Of a stretch of DNA of 64,000 bases, positions 38,916 to 52,220 are shown one piece after another. The notes under the pieces were generated by a model, which saw only the letters and a list, made by a program, of their open reading frames with translations, did no database searches and had not been told where the DNA came from. The stretch comes from Carcharhinus amblyrhynchos (lineage: Eukaryota), in assembly GCA_965287045.1 (NCBI GenBank), contig OZ336872.1, positions 21,576,001-21,640,000 of the forward strand, written 5' to 3'. The first letter of the stretch is position 1, and each line of letters opens with the position of its first letter. Both the position numbers and the translations under genes were made by a program.

Positions 38916-39218
38916 AAAGTTTATATGTTTATTTTTAGTGTCACAAGTAGCTTTACATTAACACAGCAAATGAAGTTACTGTGAAAAATCCCCTAGTTGC
39001 CACACTCTGGCACCTGTTCGGGCACACTGAAGGAGAATTTATCATGGCCAATACACCCAACCAACATGTCTTTTGAATTGTGGGAGAAAACTGGAGCACC
39101 CAGAGGAAACCCACACAGATAAAGGGAGAGCATGCAGACTCTACACAGACAGTGACCTAAGCCGAGAATCAAATCCAGTTCTCTGGTGCTGTGAGGCAAC
39201 AGTGCTAACCATGCCACC
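38916..39218 (-). mobile_element. HE1/V-type SINE
   Basis: Same family as 32910-33197. Confidence 0.9.
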
Positions 39219-40364
39219 TTTCCGCTGAAAACTATTGCTCAGCTTTAAGACTATGTCCACAATTGGTTTATAAACCAGAAATTCAGGTTTCCTTTTCATT
39301 TTGGGAAAAGGATAGGCTACAAATTCAAGGAAATTACAGGTTACTCATGGCTAAAGAGCAGCTCTCTCTCATAAATTTGACCCTAGGAATTACTGCAGGA
39401 CCTAAAGACTTATGTATTGTACTGAGTGCGTCACAGATTTCCTTTAGTATGTCTTACACTACATCAGCCATGGCTTTGCAGGTACTAAAAACTCTGATTC
39501 AGCTATAAGACAGCGGATGTCAAATAAATTTGTCATTTAGAAGATGAGTTGTGCAGACAGGAACGGTGTGCGAAACTTCAATACTATGTTTACATCGGGA
39601 CGGAGGAACTTTTTGATCAAAGAGTTGCAGGAAAATAATTTTTGATTTCCGTACGAAGTTTTTTGGAGGAGTGATTTTGTCTCCACAAACATTTGTCACT
39701 GTTTATGGCATGTCATAATGTAAAATTAGAGCTGCCCCTTAGGTGGAAAGCTCGTTGGGCATGGAATTTCCTGTGACTGCTGGCGTAAATTGGGACCTTA
39801 TAGTTAAAGTTGTATCATTCTTGCATCCATTTTGCAGATGTCTGTATAACAAGATTTCCTGCCAATTTCATTAATCTTTACTGGAACGTTAAAAAAAGAC
39901 AAAGCAGATTCAACGTACATAAATATCGTTAAAGATTGCAAACTCACAGTATGCATTCCTTCCTGAAGTATGAAAACTAAAGTCTCAGGCCAAATTCCTG
40001 TGCAGCATGTTTAAGCACCTGCAATCATGGAAACTAGTCAACTTTTAATGTGACACACTGATGCCAATAAATTGCATTCAAAGACCAAAAGTGCAGGTCA
40101 CAGTGAATGTAAGACTCCTGAAACAGTGTAACTTCAGGGAATGTGTGTGTAGGCCTGTTCAGGCTGGGCATGGAGCCACAGTGATGAGGCAAGATCCATT
40201 CAAGCAAAGGGATTGGTAAACAGAACAAAAGCATAAATGGATATAGCGTAATGACGTGCACAGTCCAGTTGCATCAGGTTTATTCAATCCTTTACATAAG
40301 GTACCAGCTTTGTGCCTGATTACACACATATCTACCACAAATACAAAGAATAAATTTAATCTAT

Positions 40365-40764
40365 GGATAGCATTGTGGCACAGTGGTTAGCACTGCTGAC
40401 TCAAAGCGCCAAGAACCTGGGTTCAATTCTAGCCTTGGGTGACTGTGTGGAGTTTGCACATTCTCTCTGTGCCTGTGTCGGTTTCCTATGGTTGCTCTGG
40501 TTTCCCCTCCCACTCCAAAAGGTGTGTGGGCTAGGTGGCTTGGCCATGGTAAATTGCCCCTTAGTGTCAGGGGGATTAGCAGGATAAATATATGGGATTA
40601 TGGAGATAGGGCCTGGGTGGGATTGTGTCGGTACATACTCGATGAGCCGAATGGCCTCCTTCTGTACTGTAGGGAGGCTATGGGGATAGGTCCTAGGTTG
40701 GATTGTCATGAGTACAGCCTTGATGGGCTGAATGGCCTCCTTCGAAACTGTAGGAATTCTATGA
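40365..40764 (+). mobile_element. tRNA-derived SINE with duplicated 3' tail
   Basis: A/B boxes gtggcacagtggttagc / gggttcaattct. The tail unit gaatggcctccttc...ctgtagg occurs twice. Confidence 0.9.
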
Positions 40765-41181
40765 TGAATTCTATGGAAATGAAATATCTAAATACTGGGG
40801 CTTCACCAACAGCAAGTCACGTGAAGTTCACAAACGAAGTGTTTAAATCCAGGAATTTGGTACGAGTGAATTCTTTTGCAGTGAGGGAGGAGGTGCTGTT
40901 CTGGTCTATTATATGAAAGTAGTTGTCCAAGAGAGGGAGGCGGAAAAGATGAGATCTAAGAACTGAAGTCCGGAGACATTAAACAGATGAGAAGGAGGTA
41001 ATCCCACCATTCCCCTTCCTCACAAGGACGCTGATCTGGGACAGTAGTTTAAACCGGTATTGGGGATTTTCAAATATTACATTGAATTCATTGTGTAGCT
41101 AAAAAACCTCCATAATACAATATGGATAGTGATAGAGTGGCATTCCAAACTTGAAAGCTAATTAGCTAAATACTGACAAAG

Positions 41182-42780
41182 ATGGCAGAACAGGTAATGT
41201 GTTGCTGCTGTAGCACGTTGGTACAGTTGGATAGCTTTCTGATTTACAGTGACTACATCTACAGTAAATGTTTGCAGCTAAAGGAACATTGGCTCAAAGT
41301 AGATGAACAACATATCAGGGAGCAGGACACATTGCAGCAATCACAACCCTTAGACTAGATATTTCAGGATGGGTCCATGTTATTTGGTGACATTAAAATA
41401 AAAAGATACAGTTGCCTTCTTTTTTGGAGCGAGTTTATTGACTTAGTTCACAGTCAAGACTACACCTACACCTCAGTGTTCCACCCACCCTCATTTATGG
41501 GTGCATAAGTACTGACCCATCACCTGTTTTACAATGTGATTAATAAGTCATTGACAGTCTGTGGTTAGAGACAGGAGTAAGATAGTGTGACTGCAAGAGA
41601 GGCAGATATGCGGATCCAGAAGGTGACAGTAGAGGAGCCCTTGCAATTTTCCAGCAGGTTTGAGGTTCTTGCAGCTAGATGGACAAGGATAGGAACAGTA
41701 AGGAGGATGAATAAACTAACCATGGGACTGTGGTGCAAGGGACTTTTTCAAGTGGGGAGAAGCACAAAGGAAAGTTGTGATGGTAGGGTACAGTCTAGTT
41801 CAGGGGATAGTTAGTGTTCTCTGCAGTCAGGAGTGCAAACCCTGTAGTCTATGTTAAGATCATCTCTCAATGGGGCTGGAGAGAAACAAAATGGCAGAAG
41901 GATCTACTTGTTGTGGTGCACATTGGTATCAATAGGTGTGCCTAAGAGGTTCTGCTGAGGGACTAAATTAAAAAAAACAGAATAACGAAAGTAATAATCT
42001 GATTACTACCTGAGCTACGAGCAAATTAACAAGGGTAAGATCAATCAGAGGGAATTGAGTGTGTGGCTCAAGGATTGATGTAGGAGAAATGATGTTGGTC
42101 CATGGAGCACTGGCATTAGTAAAATTTATTAACATCACAAATAGGCTTACATTAACACTGCAATGAAGTTACTACGAAAATTGCCTAGTCGCCGTGTACA
42201 CCGAGGGAGAATTTAGTAAGGCCAATGCACCTAACCAGCATGTCTTTCAGACTGTAGGAGGAAACCGGAGCACCCAGAGGGAGGAGGTGCTGTTCTAGTC
42301 TATTAATGAAAGGAGTAGTCCAAGAGAGGGAGACGGAAAAGACAAGATCTGAGAACTGAAGTCCAGAGACATTAAATAGATGAGGAGGTGGTAATCCCAA
42401 CATTCCCCTCTCCCACAGAAACACTGATCTGGGACAGTAGTTTAAACTGGTATTGGAGAGATTCAACTATTAGTTGAATTCATTGTGTAGCTACAAAAAA
42501 CCTCCATAATGCAAATGGATAGTGATGGAGTGGCATTCTAAACTTGAAACCTATTTAGTTAAATACTGACAAAGATGGCAAAACACAGGGAGAACGTGCA
42601 GACTCCACACAGACAGTGACCCAAGCCTGGAATTGGACTCGGGTCACTGGTGCTGTAAGGCAGCAGTGCTAATCACTGTGCCACCATGCCAGGGAAAGAG
42701 GGAGGTGTACAGTTGTGATGGCCTTCACCTGAACCAGTGTACTGGTGAATCATATAATTGTGGAGAGAGATTTAAACTAA
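41182..42780 (+). mobile_element. CR1 ORF1 remnant (zinc finger and GDSL-esterase-like), interrupted by a SINE
   Basis: atggcagaacaggtaatgtgttgctgctgt (MAEQVMCCCC), DYIYSKCLQLK, PLQFSSRFEVLA, VMVGYSLVQGI (degenerate VGDSIVRGI). Confidence 0.65.
42123..42689 (-). mobile_element. HE1/V-type SINE split by a 304-bp insert
   Basis: SINE halves at 42123-42280 and 42578-42689. The insert 42277-42580 copies 40883-41187. Confidence 0.9.
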
Positions 42781-45444
42781 TTAATGGTATTGGTTGGTGA
42801 GGTGGGGGGGGGGGGGGAGGCTGGTGTGGTGGTGGGAAAGAAAAGATCTAAGCATTGTGGACAACGTTTCCTCTAAGTAGTGCGATTGCATGACCATGTG
42901 GCAATTAAAAAAGTTCCCGCACACAAGCCATTCTCTTTGGGATGACAGCTATGCCCAAAAGAAAACCCCATGCATTACAAAAGAGGATCCACTGGTTGTA
43001 TGGCTGGAGAAAATTACACAATAGGGTCTAGGCAAGGTCATGGAGGAATCTGAAAACATGATGAGAATTTTAACTGAGGCGTTGCTTAACCAGGAGCCAG
43101 TGTGTGTCAGCAGGGTGATGGGTGAATGGGCTTTGGTATGACTTAGGACATGGGCAGCCGTTTTTTTTGATGAGCCTACAGATGGTAGGATGTGGGAGGC
43201 TGGCCAGGATGACTGGAAAATCTTAGTGGTATCAAAGGCACATTAGTGAGCTCTTTGAGGTAACGTAAATCAAAAGTTCAGGTTTGGGTCAAATCTGACA
43301 CCAAGGTTACAAATAGTCTAGTTCAGTTTCAGACTTGTCAGGGACAGACTGGGATAGAGCAGTTCAGTCTATGTATGCAATTTTTTGCCAGCTCAGTTAA
43401 GTGGTGAAATAGGTAGCCTTTAAGATCTGAATCTGTCCATAACATGAATAATGCTGCTGTTGTGTTAGATTTTTGGTCATGCGGAGTAATATTGTTGCCC
43501 CAGATCAAAATATCCAAAGTTAATTTCAAGAGGATAGCACACATTGTAATGATATCAGGTAAAATCAATGAAGACTGCCTTATTGCTTAAACCCAATGCC
43601 CACAATTGATGCAGCTGCCTTCGCTACTTGTCCATTCTCTGATACACCCGTCCAAAGTTGCAACAACAGACTTTTAAGCTTCATCACTTACAAGTGTTTT
43701 ATACTGTGCAAACTCAATCCTGACAGTATGTGGCTACACAGTAACAACTGGATCCTCTTTGTTCACTCTGCTATATAAAAAAGTGCCTAACAAGTGCAAC
43801 ACAATAAGTTTCAGAAATCAGGATCCAAAACCTTAATTAAGGAAAGCAAACAGAATACAAGCCTGATTCAGTCAAGCTGGTCCAAGTAGAGATTTTCCAA
43901 TTGTGTCTACCCTGCTGTACTCGTTTTACTATTAACGTCCTTTACAAACTGTTCAAGGCAAAAACATAATGATGCTATCCAGTTGCAAGATACTAAAGGA
44001 ACATACTGGATAAAACAGGAGTGGCATTCTTGCATCATAAGCAATTTATAAAGTTTAAAACTGAAAGTAAGAAGTTTGTTTGGAAACAGCCAACATTTCA
44101 AATCAAACCTGAATAATCGCTTTTCACATCAAAGGTCCTACCAGCAGTTTTGAGGCATGTCACCCAGGCAATTTAGATACAATGACACTTTCACCGCCTT
44201 CTGCAAATAGCTCGAGGGAAAAAAAAATCCACAAACCATTGTATTAAATGAGGCAACAAGCTGGCTTTCAGAAAGCTTCATCTCAAAAGCAATTTTGATC
44301 ACACAAAACAATAATATAGGAGCAGAGGGAAAATTAACTTTTGATTTGAATAAGAACAGTGTTGAGATGGAGCTTTTGAAAAGTACATACTTTCACGCAA
44401 GACCAGAAGTTATAGAAAGTTTCATGCCATTGTCTTTCTGTGCAATTGGTCTGCTTTGTCGAAACAATTTGAACTAGTCTACAGATTTGGTGCAAAATAA
44501 ATGTTTTCCACTTGGTAAAAAATTAATCTCAGTTGGTACTCTTAAACCCCTGAGGACCCACACTGTTCCCATAACAGAAGGCATTTGGCCAATCAGTGCT
44601 TCCTGCACATTAACTATTCTTCCAACAAAAGCCCCATTGTTATAATACTATAAAAGAGAAATTGTACAGTTTGAGCAGAATAATAGCTCCAGATGTGGCA
44701 TAGCGAGAGCCAGTAATGAACATCTGTTCTGCAACTCTTCTCGGCTTGTAACTAACTATATTTCTTCATTGATCAAATCTGGACAAGGTGGGTAAAATTT
44801 TTAGACTTGTGTGAAGATGGACCAGACCTATTGACCTAGGATTTAAGAAGATTCAGCAATGTGATAATGGTGAATAGAAGCCCCATTTAAGACTAAACTT
44901 GTACATACATTTCCCTCTCTCCCCCCGCCCCCGCTTATATAATGTGTATACTCAGGCTGAGAAAAAAAATTGGACTGGTTCATCAAATCCCATGAGCACA
45001 CAAATCCCTCAGCAGTCTTGCACTTCCTTGTAAATAGTAAGGCAACAGATAAGGGCACAAGTTTTGGAATACATTACAGAGCAAACATGTCAGTGGCCCA
45101 AGTTATTTCACAAAAGGCTGATTTGACATTGGTTGGTTGCAGAGTGAAATGGCAAAAAAAAGTACTTTATTTAAATACTATTAAATGGCCCATGTCCACT
45201 TTCTTACATGGTTCCCTGACAAATGTAATACGCTAAGTAAATGATATAATTGGGCTTAGAATTCTAAATTGTTTTAGAGTAGAACTACCTCACTTATCTT
45301 AATTATTACTCGATATCAGAAAGTCATCAAGACATCTTATAGGAGCTAATTTTGTACTAGGTAACAGCTACTGAAAATATTTTATATTTTAAAAGAAAAA
45401 GCAAACAGCAGCAAAACTTGGATTTTTCAAAAATAAATTTGCAG

Positions 45445-45740
45445 GACATGGGTGCTGTTGGCTGGACTGCATTTGTTGCCCATCTCTAATTGCCTTCATG
45501 AAGGCAATGATAATCCGCCCCTCTTGAACCACTGCAGCCCATGTAGTATAGGTACTGCTAGAGTTCTGTTCGGGTAGGGAGTTTGAATCACTGACAATGA
45601 GGGAGCGACAAAACATTTCGAAGTGATGGATGGTATTCGACACATTTCTAGATGATGGATGGTGTGTTACTAAGAGGGGAACTAGCATAATTCCATTCAC
45701 CTGCTGTCCTTTATCCTTCAAGGGAAAAAAAATCATAGGT
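45445..45740 (-). mobile_element. Degenerate LINE 3' end (RTE-X-like; clade uncertain)
   Basis: gcatttgttgcccatctctaattgcc..cttgaaccactgcagcccatg. A related remnant lies near 20040-20330. Confidence 0.45.
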
Positions 45741-46415
45741 TTTGCAGGTGTTGTCCATGCAGTTTTGGCTTGTTGTAATGCCTCAGCACCTCCCAAAGCA
45801 CAAATACAGCAGCCATTTTTTGCGCACAGCAAGCTCACACAAACATAAATATCCATTACTTAATTGTTGGTGAAAGGATAACTGTTGACTGGTAGATCTT
45901 ATTGCATTCATCTCAGAGAAAAGATGTCTGAAGGAACTGTACAGCACAGAAATGCTAGCCTAGATTAGGACTCCAAGTGTCTGAAGCGTGGCTTGGACGT
46001 ACAACATCTAACTCAGGCAACCAACTGCATCAAGGATAACATAGCAAAGTTATAATGAATTTACACAGATTTACACCTATACTGGATGGTTTGAAAAGGT
46101 AGGCTGCAAGCTTCGAAGGACCAAACAGTTTTATTGAAAGGATGTGAACACTACAGACTGCCATTTGCCCATGCAAACAGCCAATGACATGTAATCAAAA
46201 CTACTAGTGAGGAAACACTAGAAATAACAATATATATAAAAGACTGAAAATCTAGGGCTTAGAGCAATTGCGACGGTGATACCACAGCTCATCTTAGGGA
46301 AGGTACTAACCTTGGCTTGATTCTCCTCTCCCATTTATTTCCAGACCCTCCAATATCACTCCTCTCTTACAACTCACATCCTCTCTTATTCCCTTCTCTC
46401 GGATTCCTGGACTCA

Positions 46416-46659
46416 GGGTTGCACAGTGCTTAGCATTGCTGCTTCAGTGCCAGGAACCTGGGTTCAATTCCCAGCTTGGGTTTCCTTCAGGTGCTCTGGT
46501 TTCCTCCCACAGTCCTGCTGATGTGCTGCTTAGGTGCATCGGCCATGTTAAATTCTCCCTCAGTGTACTTGAGCTGGTGCCAGAGTGTGGCGACTAGGGG
46601 ATAGTCACAGTAACTTCATCGCAGTGTAAGCCTACTTATGACACTAATAAATAAACTTG
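46416..46659 (+). mobile_element. HE1/V-type SINE with internal deletion
   Basis: B box gggttcaattccc and tail gacactaataaataaactt. Confidence 0.88.
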
Positions 46660-48399
46660 AACTCTTTCCTGTCTGTGTACAGCAGTGACAACTTGTGGAA
46701 CAAGCAGTGTACATTAAAATCTAATGGATTATTTTGGATACAGTTCCATAGGCACCCCTCAAAGCCTCACCTACATGGCAACTTAAGGTCCACACATGAG
46801 AAATGGCCATTTAGGTGAGGTTTGGGGGTGTGCCTTTGTTACTGGGCCCCGAAACAAGAGTCCACACCTTCAGAGGGCAGAGGAATATTTTCAGAACTGG
46901 AAATCCTTTTTGAAAGGAACATGGCAAAGTCACGTCAAAATCCAGAACGTTTTGTTTATCTTGCTGGCAACCTTCAACACTTTTACATGTTTACATGTCT
47001 TGTTCGTTTTGTTTTGTGAAGGGTGGCATGGAGGCAACCTTGATGATAAGCGTAGACCAAGTCAACCGCCGCTTTTCTTCGCAAAGAGCCGAGATGCTGA
47101 GTGTTGCTATTTGTATTTGCATTTCTTCAATGTTGCATACTGCAGAAAGAACAATCTGTCCAAGGCCCCTTGCTACAGCACTGCATTACACCACCTGGCA
47201 GACTAACAGAGAAAGGCATTGGGAAACCCCTATACATTGTAAATTCCACCCTAAATCTACAAGTGCCACAATGAAGATGCATTTCCACAAAAGGCATTCC
47301 AAAACATAGGAAATATTGATTGCATCTTATGTCAGAATCATGATTCATCTGAAATGATCCATACATTTTTTTTTAAATTTCACGATTTCGGAGACGGTTT
47401 ATGGCCCACACTTCACTAAATCAGAAGTGCACCCCCTTGTGTTGTAAAGTAAAACTATCTTCAGTTAAAATACTGGAAAGGTGCAACACACTCTTTAAAA
47501 TGTAAAAATAGATTAGCGTCTCAGACAGTGCTGGCAAGGGGCAGGCAAAGGAATTATGAATAAAACCCAGTGATGAAACGTATAGTAAAGGAAATGGAAT
47601 TTGCGAATTTGCAGGAATTTAAAGACTTCAAATTCCTGTGATTCTATTCATATTCTCGCCTAGCAAATTACTCAAAAACGTCAGTGCAATCTACAGGTCT
47701 TGTTAGCAACTCTTGCCGTGGAAAATGATGCAAGTTATTAACTCTTACCTGATCCACTGTTGCATTGTGATTATCCTTCACACATGGGAGCACAGAATTA
47801 TCTTTCTATGCTGATCAGAGAGGCAGTAACGTATGCAACTGCAATCATTGATTTAGGTCCCAGAGGTTCTGAAGAGAGGTTTCATGCAGTTTATTTAATA
47901 AATAAAGCAATGATAGTATTTTGTGATCCATGTTTTCCTTCTGAATTCAATCAGGAACTTCTCACCCCCGCCAGAGATACAAGTGGAATCAGAAACAAAA
48001 AGAAGAAAATCTTTTAGGATGAACATTTTCACTTTCCAGAAACATCCAGAGAAATTCAATTTGTAGATGCAGACAACTGTGTTAAGGGTCTTTTTCAAGA
48101 GACTTGTAACAAAATGCAGGACAGAAAAGAAAATAATCTCCTGAAATTGGTCCTTCCCAGGTAAGTCTTGATAGTCAACATCTTATTTTCTTATCTGAAT
48201 CGCAGATATGAGCAATGCCCTATGGATTTACAACAGTAAAAACTGCATATTTCCTGTCACAGACAAGCCACATGCATTTGTTTTACTAAATTAATTCAAA
48301 AACATCTTGTAATATTAATTTGTTACAGGCTAAAATTACAGATTTGTTTCCCAACATCTTTTTGATTGTGGTCAGTGCGTCAAATTTTGACATTGAATT

Positions 48400-48805
48400 A
48401 TGCTACGAGGACAGATTGCACAAACTTGGTTCATTTTCACTAGAACATCGGGAGGCTGAGGGGCACCCTGATCAAAGATTACAAAATTATGAGAGGTATG
48501 GATAGTTAGTCTTTTTGCCAGGATAGAACCTTCAAATTACATGGGAACATGGAAAAGGGGAAAGTTTAAAGGAAATGTGAGGAGCAATTTTCTTTTTAAA
48601 CAGAGGGTGGTTGGTGCCTGGAATGTGCTACGAGAGGATAGAAGCAGCAACAGTGAGAACATTTAAGAGGCATCTTGACAAATAAACAAATAGGCAGGGA
48701 ATTGAGGATATGGACAGCATAGAAGCAAAAGGTCTTTTAGTTTAAAAAGATGTCACGTGTCGGTGCAGGCTTAGTGGTCCGAAGGGTCTGTTGCTCTTTG
48801 TTCCT
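48400..48805 (+). mobile_element. CR1 LINE 3' end
   Basis: CYEDRLHKLGSFSLEHR, cagagggtggttggtgcctggaatg, tail ccgaagggtctg..tctttgttc. Confidence 0.85.
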
Positions 48806-50316
48806 CTGCCAGTGAAACTCATGGATGCTACTGGGCCCCAGTAAAAGCAATGCACTGGGCCTGGTTTCAGCAATCGTGCCTTCATCAGAATTTGATCAAG
48901 GTCTACTCCAAGATGTTAACCTGACCTTTCACTATATAAATGTTAATATACACATATTTTGAACATTTCAGGTTCCTAAGATTTTAGGAAAATGATCTGG
49001 TCTGCTCAAAATGAAATGTTAACTGAAAACGGTCCCCCCTTGATTAATCTGCTTACTCAAGTCCAACTAATTCAAACCTGCAAGAACCCTACTTTGCTTT
49101 TTTTCACTTAGCAACTAAACATGCCCTGGAAGAATCATATCAACAGAGGGTCAATATTGAAGCAGCTTATGTATTTCAGCTTAAGCAAAAGATTTTCTTT
49201 TAAAAAAAAAGTCAAGGTCAAGAGTCATGTAGAAGATTTATAGGCAGTATAAAATAACACAAAGGAGTTTTAAATTTATAGGCAACACTAGACTCTTTTT
49301 TTAAGAGATGGAGATTCTCAACCCCAGGGATTTTCAGGGAGTCTGTGAACTTATCACCATAGGGCAAACCATGCTTAGTGAATCTTCCAGTTTTTAAAAA
49401 ACTTGTTGACTTTCTATCATTCTGCTGCTGTGTCCAAATAAGAAGCACCTCCCGCAAATATCAGACTGGATTTCTGATATTGTTTTCTTTGGATTTAAGA
49501 TAGGGATCTTTCATGCAAGCCAATATTTGCACTTGTGTCTTACACAACTAAGAATTACTGCGCTTAAGAAAGTTTACAGAATGCAATCCCAAATTAATTT
49601 GTCACCCAAGCTAAAAGGGGACTCGCATTCTATCATCTTAAAACAGCTGATGAGAAAATACATACATGCCACAGTGAATAATTAAGATCTGAGAGCTGTA
49701 ACACATTTGCTTTCAAAAGAGGTACGATTGCTTACTTTAGCTGGATAAGATAACCTCGGGAAATAGAAGTTCTACACCAGATTAAATATGAAGAAAGTGC
49801 CACACTAAGTTTGTAGATTAAATAAAAGGCTGGAAATTAGGAACAATTGCAGAATTGCATTTGTTAAGTTGAATCTTAAAATGCTCTTCAAGTGGAACAA
49901 TAAATAACATTGCCCCTTAGGTCACACTATCATGGTATCAAAGGCTAAGATGATTATCAATTTCACAATTTCTGCATCTTAATTTTCTACACTTTAAACT
50001 CCCCCTCTCCTGCAGCTTTTTTCGTACAAAATTAACAAAGCAGCATATCTGGGACAGCACCCCTCTCTTCATTAAGTAGGAGAAATAGAATGGTCATTTT
50101 GAGTCAGCAGCGAGGAGCCAATCACAAGAGACTATCTCACACAAAAGCCACAAATCTCCAGAGGCAGACATTCTTGGTAACTCGTTTCGTATGTTAGTGA
50201 TCCACCAGGTAGAATAACCTGAATGGAATCGTTAAATGACAGTTATCAAGCAACACACCATTATACTACACAAAGGACCAGTTAAAGTTGCTAAATTCCT
50301 GCCCAATATCTATTCA

Positions 50317-50604
50317 GGGCGGTACAGTGGTTAGCACTGCTGCCTCACAGCGTTGGGGACCCTGATTCTAGTCCCAGCTTGGTCACTGTCTGCATGTTCT
50401 CCCTGTGTGTGTGGGTTTCCTCCAGGTGCTCTAGTTTCCTCCCACAATCCAAAGATGTGCCGGTTAAGTGCATTGGCTATGCTAAATTCTCCCTCAGTGT
50501 GACTCAAACAGGCCCCAGAGCGTGGTGACCAGGAGATTTTCGTAGTAACATCATTATAGTGTTAATGTAAGCCTGTCTGTGACTAATAAATAAACTTTAC
50601 TTTT
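50317..50604 (+). mobile_element. HE1/V-type SINE
   Basis: acagtggttagcactgctgcctcacag...gtgactaataaataaactttactttt. Confidence 0.9.
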
Positions 50605-52220
50605 ATTCAACTATCTGTTTGGCAAACCAAAGTTTGGAAAACAGTGTTTTAGAATTTATGTTTATAGAGAAAAGGCAGAGAATGGGTCAAACCTATCTAG
50701 GTAAATCAGATGTGATGTACATAAAATATTGTAGATGCCAGCTCTTCTCCTGCCCACACCCTCACTCTATTCGTCTCCTTCCTTTCAGGAGTGTGGTAGA
50801 TATTATTGACTGCCCCAGGGAGATACAGATGACAGTTCATGTTGGATAAGAACTTAAGGTTTAAGTTAAGCACTAACCCTGAACATCCAGGAAGGATTGC
50901 TACAGTAGCCCAAGATTTATTGACTCCCTTTTCTAAAATCAATCACAGATCTTTTAAGATTGATGCCATGAATTTGAAAGCACAGGAGAGAAGGTTTACC
51001 TCCAGTAACAAACTCAAAAGTATTCTGCAGAGGACTGCTGTCCCTGACGTCTCTAATGAAGTCTAACACAATGTTAAATGGTTCCCAAGCCAGATGGTGA
51101 AGTATGGAACCAGGAGTTGGTCTGTTTCTTGTCAGTAGGCTTATGTACAAAATACAGCATTACATATGCCCACCTTTTACCTACCACTCCCACATCCCAG
51201 CTGTCTCTCTTTATACTCTTGAGTATATCAGTGAAATAAAAGACTTGGCAATTAACAAATTTCCCAATTAAATCAGCCAATTAGCCAAACAGCTCCTTAA
51301 AGGGCATTGGAAGAAAAAGAAAGAATTTTAAAGTGTCATTTTTGGGGCTGATGAAGCCCTCCAGTCCATGGTGTCCTCCACTGGTCATTGGAAGGCATCC
51401 TGCGTAGCAATGGACATCATGTGCCCCCCTGTTTGGACACCTGGCTGCAAACATAGCCATGGACATGTTCTAGTGACTTAATTTAACAATGCTCCTTAAC
51501 GGTGTATGTTGACAATCTAATTAACATGCCATTAACATGTAATGAAGGCTTACTTGTAATCATGGTAGTCTTAATTACCTCGTCTAACCAGCCCTGGGGC
51601 TTTCAAATGACCCACATTCAACATCCATCTATCCATCCATTCATCTTGCCAAAGCCAGTCTAGTTACAGAGCTGTAGAGTGCAGGAAAGGCCCTTCGGCC
51701 CATCGGTGGAAGACCAGCTGAAAGATGTTTGTTCTGGAGAATTAAAATTAAACCACAAAAAGACGGGAATACATATAAGACGAATCCACTTCCATTTGAA
51801 GGACTGACAATCGCAAAAAGGATTCTGTGGTTGGAGATAAATACCAGGGTTAAATGTTTCACTTTTATATTCTCCTCAAACATAATCTCAGATTTGGGTA
51901 AACTCACATCCTGAGGATCTTGTATAGAAACACCCAATGGAGGGCACACTTACGTAGACGAATCATTGCATTGGAATGCACTAAACTATTGTATTGTCCT
52001 GTCAAATGATTGTCTCATTGTGATTTCTCCCTTGAGTTAAGGTGTTTGCTGACTTCTCAAATACGCTTGGATATTTTCTTTCATTCTTTTGGACTGTTGG
52101 TGCCAACAGGCCTCCAGGCAAAATCTGAGTGAATTGCCTGCTCATAGAAATAGTTTGCGATAGTATGCCATTCAGAATGATTCAGTCTTGCAATGAAATC
52201 TTTATTTTTTTTGGATTTTC

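Noticed and set aside
46790-47330. ORFs of 65-136 aa, possibly an RTE-clade LINE remnant
   Set aside because: No recognisable host protein and too degenerate to assign a family confidently.
47749-47868. 120-nt minus-strand segment with acceptor ctcttcag and donor CAG|GTAAGA
   Set aside because: Stops in all three frames and no recognised homology. It could only be a non-coding exon, which is unsupported.
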